64,000 nucleotides of DNA from Microthyrium microscopicum (taxonomy: Eukaryota). Below are positions 33,626 to 44,800 of this stretch, piece by piece. The translations under genes were made by a program, and so were the position numbers. The number at the start of each line of letters is the position of its first letter. The stretch's first letter is position 1. Location: contig MU004235.1 of assembly GCA_010405405.1 (NCBI GenBank), positions 2,100,506 through 2,164,505 of the forward strand, written 5' to 3'. The notes under the pieces are model-generated. The model saw only the letters and a program-made list of their open reading frames with translations, was not told the DNA's origin and searched no databases.

Positions 33626-35299
33626 ATGGCAGACCAAGATCCCTCTCGCCCGACGACCGCCAGACGGGATGGAGAAACGTCCTCCGAGGGCTTTACTCGC
33701 GAGAACGTAGAAGCGCACTTTACGTATATCAACCAACAACAGACGGAGCTACGGAACCACCTGGACGCATCCCAGGAGGCAACCAACAACAGCTTGCAAC
33801 GAGTGACGGACAGTATTTCACTGCTCAACGATACGCTCAATTCATCTATCTCGCAATTACGTACAACTACCACCGGTCACGGACAAGCCCTACAACAACT
33901 GAACGGGTTAACTGGCGAAATTCGTACACGATTGAACGAGAATGCGCAACAGATCGCAGCAGTCCGCGCCGAACTCCAGGCCCAAGTCGACAGCCAGAAC
34001 GAACAGCTTGCCAATATCCGTGCCAGTGGCGAGATCCTCGCACAACAAGTGAACAACACCGCCCGCGAGACGCTAACCCAGTGGCAGCAGCAGGAACGGG
34101 AACGACTCCAGAGGGAATCCATGACGCCCGGCACAACTCTTTCTTCGACACCGGCTGCACCCTTTGCTGGAGAAACCTCCGACCACAGCTACCACCCTCC
34201 TCCGATTCCACAAGCCAATCCTCCTCGGACTCCGATCGCGACAGCTGGACCAGCGGCCCCTCCTCCACCTCCTCCGATGAATCCTCCGGCCGCCCAATAT
34301 GAGCCACTCCAACCACCACCGCGAAACCTCCGACCGGCTCTCCCAAACCCGGAACGATATTCACACGAGGACCCGACCCTTTACCCTGGTTTTCGCCAAA
34401 TGATCGAAGCGAAATTGCACATTGATGGACAGATTTACGCGGATGACTACGCCCGAATCCACTATGTGTTCAGCCGGCTTACAGGAGACGCCGCCCAACG
34501 AGTCCTTCCTTGGATCCAGAATCCTACCGGCCACGGCATTACAAGTTTTAGCGAGTTCATGGAACGGATGGACCTTCTCTTCCGTGACCCGCACGAAGAA
34601 ACAAGAGCTTTGGCAAACCTCCAAGGGATCCGGCAAGGAGGCAGAGAATGGAGAATCTTTTGGGCTGAGTTTCAGCAGTATCTCGTCCGTGCTGGAGCAC
34701 AATTTTGGGCCGCCCCTGTCCAGATGCAGTTCTTAGAAAACGCCATGGATTCTAGTCTCAGAACGGCTCTGATTGCTCGTCCCCGGCCTAACAACTTGGA
34801 TGCCTTCGCTCGAGAGGCTTCGGAAACCTGGGATCGAATGGTTCGAGCCCGTACAAGCCATCGCGGCCTAAGAGGCCCAAGCGCTGAAACAAGTGCTCGG
34901 CAGACTCAGCCGTCCAGGAATCAGGACCCCGACGCGATGGAAGGCGTTCAGGTCGGAGCTAGCCAAGCCCAGCGCGACTACCGCAAGCGAAATAACCTTT
35001 GTTTCCGCTGTGGCTCGGCCGATCATGGAATTCGGGACTGCAAACAGGCGCCCCAAGCGTCGTCTGGAAACCAGAATTCCTCCCGCGGCCAAGTTAGCCG
35101 TGGACGAGGACGAGGCAGAGGAGGCTCCACCAGAGGCGGACGCCCACGGGACAACACTGGTAGATTCCAGGCTGGTGCTGCTGACGCCCCGGACGTCCCC
35201 CAGAGTAGCCAGCCGGTGAGGGCTGCTGCTGCTCAGCCAAGAAACGATGACCCTCGTGACGATCTATATGACGTTACTGACGCGGAATCGGAAAACTAG
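33626..35299 (+). CDS. gag: Gypsy Gag (N-terminal coiled coil, capsid, CCHC zinc knuckle, RGG tail)
   Basis: LPNPERY, SRLTGDAAQ, IRQGGR and knuckle CFRCGSADHGIRDC. Confidence 0.93.
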   Translation: MADQDPSRPTTARRDGETSSEGFTRENVEAHFTYINQQQTELRNHLDASQEATNNSLQRVTDSISLLNDTLNSSISQLRTTTTGHGQALQQLNGLTGEIRTRLNENAQQIAAVRAELQAQVDSQNEQLANIRASGEILAQQVNNTARETLTQWQQQERERLQRESMTPGTTLSSTPAAPFAGETSDHSYHPPPIPQANPPRTPIATAGPAAPPPPPPMNPPAAQYEPLQPPPRNLRPALPNPERYSHEDPTLYPGFRQMIEAKLHIDGQIYADDYARIHYVFSRLTGDAAQRVLPWIQNPTGHGITSFSEFMERMDLLFRDPHEETRALANLQGIRQGGREWRIFWAEFQQYLVRAGAQFWAAPVQMQFLENAMDSSLRTALIARPRPNNLDAFAREASETWDRMVRARTSHRGLRGPSAETSARQTQPSRNQDPDAMEGVQVGASQAQRDYRKRNNLCFRCGSADHGIRDCKQAPQASSGNQNSSRGQVSRGRGRGRGGSTRGGRPRDNTGRFQAGAADAPDVPQSSQPVRAAAAQPRNDDPRDDLYDVTDAESEN

Positions 35300-38200
35300 C
35301 AAGCTCAGATCGAAGACGTGATGCTGAGCTAGAAAATCACAAAAATATTGTTTCGGGACGGCGTCGGAAGTTCTTCGCTCGGGATATGGTTACAGAGCCC
35401 TTTTTAATACCTTTGATAGTAAATCAACTTTCTTCGTGCACAGGCTTTGTTGATAGTGGCTGCTTAACCTATTCCCTTGTGAGTCTCCGCTTCGCCCGAA
35501 GACGTAAACTTGAACGCATACCGCTACCTCGGGCGATTCCTATTGAAGGGATAAACGGCGAGGCCGGAGAAATCCGCGAAATGGCGATTATGAAGATCGA
35601 CATTGAAGGCTACGAAGAAACTGTTCGAGCCTTTATAGTGAAAGAGACCCTGGGCCATGATGTGATCCTCGGCCTGCCTTGGATGAAGAAACGGGATGTT
35701 ATTCTCCATGCAAAACCTGAGAAGCTAGTCTTCAACGAAACAGGTCATACGGTTATGAGTCTAAAGACTCCTCGGAAGAAGTATAACCACGCAGCGATCG
35801 GGGCTGCAGCATTTGAGATGCTCGCCCGACAAGCTAGAAAGCAGGCAAGACAGTCTCAAGAAGGCTTAACACCGATCGCACAAGTCTTTGCTGTGAGTCT
35901 TCACGACTTACAAAAAGCCCTTGCTCCAAAGAAGCATGTCGACCCTCGTGGGAAGCTTCCTGAATGGTGTTCGGATTACCTCGACCTCTTTCAAAGAGAG
36001 CTGGCCGATAAACAGCCACCCATCCGAGGCCTTTCCGTAGACCATAAGATTGACCTGATCCCGGACGCCAATGGAAGGGAACCTCAGTTACCTTGGCAGG
36101 CATTATACCCTATGAATCGGGACGAATTGCTAGCCCTTAGAAGAATCCTTAACGATCTACTAGAAAGCGGGTTTATTCGAGTGAGTAACTCGCCCGCTGG
36201 AGCACCGGTTCTCTTCGTTCGCAAAGCAGACGGATCAATTCGGTTTTGTTGTGACTACCGCGCGTTGAATGAGTTGACCGTGAAGGACCGTTACCCCTTG
36301 CCACTCGTCCGTGAGACACTAAATGCCTTAGGAAAGGCACAATGGTTTACTAAGCTGGACGTATCTCAAGCATTCCATAAGATTCGGATACATGAGGGTG
36401 ATGAGTGGAAGACGGCCTTTCGGACACGATATGGCTTATTTGAATGGATGGTGACACCGTTCGGGTTGTCAAATGCTCCAAGCACCTTTCAGAGGTTTAT
36501 CAACTCTGCCCTTCAGGATATCTTGGACGACTACGTTTCCGCATACTTGGACGACGTCTTAATCTTTAGCTCAGGTACTAGGAAGCAACATGAGGCCCAC
36601 GTCCGTGAAGTCCTCGAGCGGCTACGAAAAGCAGGACTCTACCTTGATATCCGGAAGTGTGAATTCGCAACTACTCAGACGACATACCTAGGCTATATTA
36701 TCAAGGCCGGACAAGGAATCTCAATGGACCCGGCTAAAGTTAAAGCAATCCAAGAATGGGAGGCTCCCAAGAACGTTCGTGGAGTTCGAGCTTTCCTTGG
36801 CTTTGCCAACTTCTATCGTAGGTTCATACCGAACTTTCGAACAATTACGGAACCTCTTGTTCGACTTACCCGGAAGGACGTTCCCTTCTCGTTTAAAGAC
36901 CCAGAGAGAGCTGCGTTCGAGGAGCTGAAACAGCTCTTTACCACTGACCAAATGCTAGCCCCATTCGACCACGACAGAGAGACTCTCGTCTATACCGACT
37001 CCTCTGGTTACTCTTCAGGAGCCGTACTAGCACAAAAGGACAAGACAGGCGAGTTTCGACTAGTAGCCTATTTCTCTAAAAAGTACAACTCCGCTCAAAG
37101 TAACTACCCAATCCATGATAAAGAGATGCTCGCAATTATGCTTGCTCTAGAAGAATGGGACTCAGAGCTACGAGCGGTAGAGAAGTTCGAAGTGATATCC
37201 GATCATAAGAACCTAGAGCATTTCATGAAACCACAGAAGCTTACAGAAAGGCACGTCCGATGGTCTATTGAACTTGCAAAGTATAATATGACAATTAAAT
37301 ACCGACCAGGTCCACAGAACGGCGCAGCAGATGGTCTCTCTCGTCGTGAACAAGATATGCCCCAGGACGCGGCCGACGAGAGGATCCAGGCTAGAACTTT
37401 CCAACTGCTTCGTACCCAAGGAGATCAATCACTTAAACCACTACAAGCCTTGCCCGTCCACATTACCGCCCTTCCTATAGCGGTTGAAGACGAATCAGCG
37501 GAGACTCTACTAGCCGACGAAGCTTTGATCCCTAGCTCACTACCACCAACACCGAACGTCCCTGAACTATTAGCAACCCGGTGGGATGAGGCAGTGCGGG
37601 CCGACAATACCTATCAAGTGGCCTATTAAACGATTAAAGCTGGCGGACGGAAGTTTCCCCCATCGATCGCAGGCATCAAAATCTCTGTCCCCGACTGCTC
37701 AATCGATAGCGAGGATCGCCTTCGCTGGAGAGGACGACTATGGATCCCAAACTTGGAACCTCTGCGGACGGCAATACTACAAGCGGCTCATACGTCCTTA
37801 ACCCAAGGCCATCCCGGCCGTGAAGGAACTTACCAAGCTTTACAGCCGCACTTCTTCTGGCCCGGAATTGCGGCCGACACAAGGCGTTTCGTAAGAAATT
37901 GTGGTGTATGTAGCCGATCGAAGGTTAGTCGTGAGCAGAAAAGAGGCTTCCTAAAGCCTTTACCCGTCCCAAACCGACAGTGGCGAGAACTATCTATGGA
38001 TTTTATAACGGACCTCCCTCTATCGAACGGATGCACAATCTTGATGGTTATTACTGATCGGCTAAGTAAAGGAGTAATCCTGATCCCCCTCGCTCGGAGA
38101 GAAGCTGAGGACGTTGCGGCTGTTTTCTTACAACGCGTCTATTCCCTCCATGGTATTCCTGACGCAATTGTCCACGATCGTGACCCAGCATTCGTAGGAG

Positions 38201-39114
38201 ACTTCTGGACGAAGTTCTGCGCGCTACTACGGATAGAGCCACGGCCGTCAACCGCATTTCACCCCCAGACGGATGGCTCTACAGAACGGCGGAACTCGGA
38301 CATTGAAGCCAAAGTACGAATATATACGAATCATGCACAATCGAACTGGTTCTCGCTAATGCCGATACTTCAACTTATGCTTAACTCGCAACGCTCGTCC
38401 GCAACAGAACTCTCACCCTTCTTTCTATCCCACGGCTTTGAAAACTCTGCCTTCTCGGACTTCCCTGAGCAAGCTCCCTTGTCCGAATGGAAGGACACTC
38501 CGAAAGAGAGGGGGGAAGAAGCCGCTCGTACAATTTTAAAAGCCACGGAATGGGCTCGAGATGCTATGACCCTCGCCTAAGAAAGGATGCAGGAACAAGC
38601 CAACCGAACAAGGATCCAAACGCCTAAGTACGAAGTCGGCGATTGGGTCTGGCTAGACCTAAAGAATACCAAGACTAAACGAGCGAAGAAGAAGTTTGAT
38701 CACCGTTACTCTAAGTTCCAAGTCACAAAGGTAGTAAGCTCACATACGATCGCACTGAACACGCCGTGGAGAACCAAGAAATTCCACGTCGACCTACTCA
38801 GACCAGTAACGGACGACCCATTCCCAAGTCAAGACGCTGATGATTCTCATCCACCACCAATCTTAGTTGAGGACTCAGACGGAGAGGAACAAGAGGAGTA
38901 GCCAGTAGAGGAGATTGTGGCCGAAAAATATAAGAAGACAACAAAGGGCAAACTCCGTACAGTCTACGTCGTTAAATGGGTAGGTTATCCAGACACAACG
39001 GAAGAACCGATCGACTTCATCGAACAGTCAGAAGCCTACGTAAAGTGGATAGAGAAGACAAAGCACGTACGAGATGATCATGGAAGATTGGTGCCAAACT
39101 GGTCTATTCTTTAA
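35290..39114 (+). pseudogene. pol: Gypsy Pol (protease, RT, RNase H, integrase, chromodomain) in the -1 frame, with three in-frame stops
   Basis: DSG protease, YLDD RT, TDSS..YPIHDKE RNase H, HHCC and SMDFI..DRD..TER integrase, YVVKWVGYP chromodomain. All fragments share one frame; stops at 37627, 38578 and 38899. Confidence 0.93.
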
Positions 39115-39311
39115 GTACAACTAAGATCAAAAACTAGCCCTCCTGTCATGGTGATCGACTCCGTAGAGACACGATCGGAGGTGCTATCTATAACCCACGC
39201 ACGGAAACACTTTTCTTTTGTCTATACCAAGACCCCCTTTCCTACCGAACAAAACCAGAAAATCACAAAAACACGAGAAAACCAAAGAAACAAGACACGC
39301 CCGACAAACCC

Positions 39312-40213
39312 CTACCACCAAGGAAGATAAACTTGAGTAGTGCCCCGGGGCACAGGAGGACCAAAGTAGACGGTCGATGGTGGAGGATTCTTGTCCTCCT
39401 TGGCGACCTCCTCCTTGTTGTCGCAAGGACACTTCTTACCCGAGCCAACATTGTCATCATGGACGCAGTTCGAACACATGTTGTTGCGAAATCCCGGAAG
39501 CCGAACGCAACCCACATATCGCGGCCAATTCTTTGAATTAGAATAGCCAACGCAACGAGTACAACGCTGCTCCTTACGAGTCTTATTCCGCTTGTTTTTG
39601 GCAGGGAATTGTAGGATACCCGCACGATGAATACCCAAGGCTTCAAGATAACCAGCCCGGCCACTAGTCAACTGAATCGTGCTAAGGGAGCTCTGACGAA
39701 TCATAATGCCACGAACGTTGGGCTGCGAATCATTAGTGAACCCCTCAGAGGAGGCGTTCAACAAGTCAAGACGCTCGTTAGAGGAGTTGGGAGGATAGTC
39801 GGCCATGGTATGAAGGGCCTTACTCTACGAACACGTTAGCATGAATCAAGAAAGGCTAGAGAAGTACGTATGGTCTGGTTAATGCAAAGTGCCTTGAATA
39901 AAGCACAGTTTTGCAGATCGCGGTAGTCAATAACCACGTACACCTTCTTGTGTTGGAGAGTGGTCGGCAGACGGGGACGAGGGTTATGAATGATATCGTT
40001 CTGGTAACGAAGTGGGACTTGGTTGAGAAGGCAAAGGCCCTTATTCACGTTGTTCTGGCAGGCCTTACGCATAGCTACCTCGTGCGTAGTAGGCGGACGA
40101 GGTTGAGGAGCATTGCGGTTGACAACGTACACATGAGGAGGGGCAACGGCAACGAGGATACGACCGTTGAAGCCAACAGTATTGTCAAAAGCGTTGACAA
40201 TTGGGGCAGCCAT
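39312..40213 (-). CDS. Antisense cargo gene of the Gypsy element; C-terminal Cys-rich DUF3716-like domain; predicted spliced
   Basis: ORFs 39836-40219 and 39312-39806 join in frame via predicted introns 39941-39893 (GTACGT..AAG) and 39867-39825 (GTACTT..GCTAAC..TAG). Motif CTRC-x10-YVGCVRLPGFRNNMCSNC-x11-CPC. Confidence 0.62.
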
Positions 40214-40260
40214 CTCCATACGGTTAGCAAGGCTACAGCCATCATGACGAACAACTTACC

Positions 40261-40297
<37 letters not shown>

Positions 40298-40310
40298 AGT
40301 TGATTGATTG
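40261..40310. repeat. (TGAT)n microsatellite in the predicted 5' UTR of the antisense gene
   Basis: About 12 near-perfect TGAT units. Confidence 0.9.
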
Positions 40311-40821
40311 GGCAAGGAAGAAGAAACTTGATGAGGACTGATCGGAAGAGAAGAAGCTTGTTCGAAGTGTGATGAAGGAAGAATGGTTAACTCTGCGGAA
40401 CGACATTGCTTTATACCCTCCGAACGTACAGGCAGAAGCACAGTGACTTAACCGCAGTTACGTTCTTCCGATCTCATCCCTTGATGTCGTGATAGAGCTC
40501 TGACCGAGCATGAACAAGACGACCCGCCAATCAAGCAACCTTCACGGGATCACGACCGAAAAGAACCAACATTACACGCCAAGAAAGGGGCCTTACACCC
40601 AGAATTCAGTCCAAAACAGGCAAAACATTAGTACGGAACCAATGGTTGACGACCTGAGCTTTACATTTCACACCCAAAAGTGAACGCACAGATCTGTGCG
40701 TTGCAAACGGAAGCTCCGTCGCGAACCGCGAGAACGGCAAGCGTCGGACACAGCCAGATAAGATCAGGATCTCACGATCGACTTGGTGTTTTGGCCAGAA
40801 TTTTTTGGACGGGGGGGGTAA

Positions 40822-40983
40822 TGTTGGGGGTTGAACCCCCTGAAGCTATGCCCGTTCGGGCTACCCCTGTTGTATATAAACACCTCGATCGAAGAGTCTC
40901 TCGACTCTTCTTTCTCTCTAAGTTACCTTCCTGTTTAGCAGGCTCACAATATAACTTGTCTCTTCGTTATCTAACCCATAACA
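40822..40983 (+). repeat. 3' LTR of the young Gypsy
   Basis: Identical to the 5' LTR; followed by TSD AGACT. Confidence 0.97.
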
Positions 40984-41823
40984 AGACTTACCTAACTTAT
41001 AAAGAATAACGATCTACTATCCTAGAACTAAATAAGAACTAGAGTAAGGTAGTTAACGCTAATAATAATATAGCTCCTAAAGAGTACTATTAAGGTAGCG
41101 TAAAAAAGAAACATAAGAACTATAATATTAATACTTAGCCTTAACTTTTAAAGAATATATAATAATATTAATCTAAGGAAGCTCTTCTATATCCTAAAAA
41201 TAAAGAGAATCTCCTAGTAGCTAATTAATATAGTAATAAGCTTTATTACTAATTATATAACCTAAATCATATTTACTAAGTACTAAAACCTAATAATAAT
41301 AACTAATATAAAAATCTTTTAGGAATTTTTCCTCTTACTTATTCTCTTTCTCTTCTTTATATTAAAACTACTAGAATACTTCTAGGATATAAGTAATAAT
41401 ATCTTTAGATTTAGCTTTATAAATAATACTATATTAGTTATATAGGATAATACTACCTAAAAAAACTATATAAGACTAGAAAAGGCTTACTAAAAGTACG
41501 CTAACTAAATAAATAAGTATAGAGTAAAGTTTACTCTTAATAAGTATTAAGTAATATACTTTACTTAGAATATTTACTACTTAGAAGTAGACTTATAATC
41601 TATAGTAATAATAAATAGTATATCTACTAAGCTTATACTAGAGAGTATTAAAGTACTAAGTATATAAGTAAATAAAAAAATAAACTAAAAAGACTATATT
41701 AAAAAGACTAGAACTAAAGGATTTAAGTAAATAGTAATACTTTTAAGAATAGCGTAGTTAAAATAAAGACTAATCTTTAGAAAGATAAAGCTTCTTTATA
41801 TAGCAATTATTAGGCTAACCTTT

Positions 41824-44800
41824 TATTAGAGATTAAGGTTATAGAGTAGGTAAGAAGGTTATAAGATACTTAAATAGATTAGATATATAGAAATAGGAAT
41901 AGGAGTAATTACTAAGGAACTATAAGGAGATTCCTTAGCTTCTATCTTATTACCTAGGAACCTTTAAGGTTCCTCTCTAAGCTAGAGTAGTCTATCTATA
42001 AGCTAAGGTACCTTAGAGGTATACTTAGCTACTAATTATAATAGTTAGGAACTTATTAGTTCTCTTAACTATAGAATATACTAAAGCTAAAGAAGTAGCT
42101 TTATTAGCTTCTAATAGCTATTAGGCTAAGGTACTTAGGCTATAATGTCTATCTTAGAGAGTTTATTAGGTTTAATTCCTAATATTATTCCCCTAATAAG
42201 GACCTAAACGTCCTTATAGGTCTTTAAAGAGTTAACTACATTTTAATAGTACTAATATACTTTAGAGTATATTATATTGTAATAGTATAAACTACTTAGC
42301 TACTATCTAGCTAGCTAGATAATAATCTTAGTAAATCTTAGTAAATTTATTATTAGTTTTAAACGTTACTTAAAGGGGTACTCCTTAAATAACGATTTAT
42401 AAAGCTAAATATTACTATTAAGTACTTATTTAGGTTTATTTAGGTTCGTTAAGAACTTAGGCGTTTTTAAGTTCCCTTAGGCTATTGTCTTAAGCCTACT
42501 TAATCTATAGGTTATTACCTACTAAGGGTGACTTCCCTCTTTAGAATCTTTACCTATAATAAGGATTAATATTAAAGCTTTCCTTAATAGGAAGCACTTA
42601 ATAAAGTAAGTATTTACTCTCTACTAACCTAATTAGGTAGGAGGGTATTAAATAAGATATATTTAATCTTATAATTGTATACTTCTTCTAATTCTTTTTT
42701 ATTCTACTTTTATAGAATTAAGGTATATACTTAAGTAAACCTTAGCTAATTAAGTAAAGCTAACCTTTATAAATAGAGTTATAGTATAAGGATAAGTCCT
42801 AGCTAATAGTCTTAATATTTTACTAGTAGCTTCTTTATAAATCTACTTAGTATACTTTATACTCTTTTATACCTATTCTCTCTAATAGCTACTATAAAGG
42901 ATAAAGTAGGAGCTAATAAGGCTCTAAATAGACCTAGTTTATCTCTATCTAACGCCTTTAAGGTCTCTAAGGATGCTTCTAAGGTCTCTAAGGATATTAT
43001 TATTTTACTAAAGACTTTAATTGCTAGTATTATAAAACTAGCTAATTCCTTTAATACTAATACTACTAAAAAGGTAACTAATAAGGTTAAATTCGTTAAT
43101 AGTACCTAAATTAATGCTAATGATAACTATATTAAACTATTAAGTTTAGGCTACTTTTCTTTAAAGTCTTCTAAATCTAAGGAAATTAAAAAGGATATTA
43201 TCTAGACTAAGAAGAAGGGAAAAGCTTCTAAGCATAATTATAATAATAAATCTAAACCTTCTTAGCCTAACGTAAAGTAAATATATAATAATAGTATTAT
43301 ATATATTAATAAGGCTTAGGCTTAGTTTAAATTATACTAGACCTCTCTTATCTATAATATATTAATTAATTATAGTTAGTTAGGTAGTAAACGTTTTCTA
43401 TATAACTTTAATAATAATAAGATAGAACTATTTAACGTAGATAAGTCTATTCTATATAAGAATAAGGCTAAGTTAATTATTAAATAGTTTCTTATACTTA
43501 ATCTATATTAATAATATACTAAAGTATACGCTAAAACCTTCTTATATACTAATTTAAAGAATTAGTACTATATAGCTTCTAAGAACTACGTATTAGCCTT
43601 TAAGGTTTAAGATAATTACTACTATATAACCTATAAGACTACTAAGTCTTATTAATAGTGTCTTAAGATAAGTTATTCCTAATTAATTTAATTTAAATCT
43701 AATTATTACTAATTGTTTCTTAGGTTATCCTTTATAAGAAGGGTATTACTAAGGATCTCTTTTAGAAGCATTATAATATAATAAAGGTCTATATACTTTA
43801 TTAATAAACCTATAATAGCAATCTAAGTAAGTATAATATAAGTTAGCTCCTTTATACTAAAAAGGTAGTTTATATTACTAATAAGAACGTTATAGAGACT
43901 ATTTAGACGTAAGTAAACTCTCTTATTATACTTAGGTTTAAACTAACATAAATAGGTATATCTATATTAATACTATAAATAATACCTTCCCTTTATATTT
44001 TAGTATTACTAAGAGTAAATATAATAGTATCTATATAATGCTAGTATATTATAGAAATAGTAAAAAGGTCCTTATAACTAAGAAGGCTACTTATTACTTT
44101 AAAGTAGCTCTACTTAGAGCTATTATTAGTATTGCTTATATTAAGTACTATAATAACCTTTACGTCTATTATTATAGGTTTAAACTATTTATAAATAGTA
44201 ACTAGAAGGATATAAGTACTTTAATTGCATTACTTAGATTCTAACTAACTCTATTCTAGGTTATAGGTACTTTATTATATTAAATTAGTAATCTTACTAA
44301 CGTCGTAAAGATACTTACTTCTTAGTAAGCTAATAGTACTAAAAAAAAGGAGAAGGCTTCTAACGTAAGTTAGTTTATAACCCTTTAGAGCTAGATTAAT
44401 AAGTATAAGCTTAGAATAAATAAGTAGGTAGTTCTTTATTACTATCTAGTTATAATAAGTTAGATTAATTCTAAGAATAATAATTTAGAGTCTAAAGAGT
44501 TTAAAGAGTTTAAAGAGTAGATATAGCATTTAGTAGATATATTTAGTATTAAGTTAATACGTTTAGTATCTAATAAGTAAGGTTAGTTATATTTTAGGTT
44601 TATTATAAGTTATTTATTAGTATTTAGTAGCTATTAGATTCTATTTAAACTAATTTATATAAATAGTATAAGATAGTTTCTTTTAATAAAATACTTTCTT
44701 AAATTTTTAAGTTCTTTTTTATAAACCTAGATAGTACTTAAGGGTATATCTTTATAAACCTAAAATCGTTATTTTAAGGTATTTAAAAGATACCTCTTTA

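Larger units (their letters stand above)
33397..40983 (+). mobile_element. Young Ty3/Gypsy chromovirus LTR retrotransposon (7587 bp)
   Basis: Identical 162-bp TG..CA LTRs (33397-33558 and 40822-40983); TSD AGACT; PPT GGACGGGGGGGG before the 3' LTR; gag then PR-RT-RH-IN-chromodomain. Confidence 0.97.

Noticed and set aside
33613..34364. Overlapping 229-aa and 165-aa ORFs in gag
   Set aside because: Alternative-frame shadows of GC-rich gag with no motifs.
39312..40219. env-like third ORF
   Set aside because: Antisense orientation, and no signal peptide or TM segment.
44190..44285. Ulp1/C48 protease-like QQP..CGYFVM motif obtainable by de-RIPping the second Gypsy's cargo gene
   Set aside because: Requires a frame different from the long upstream and downstream open frame; likely a de-RIP artefact.
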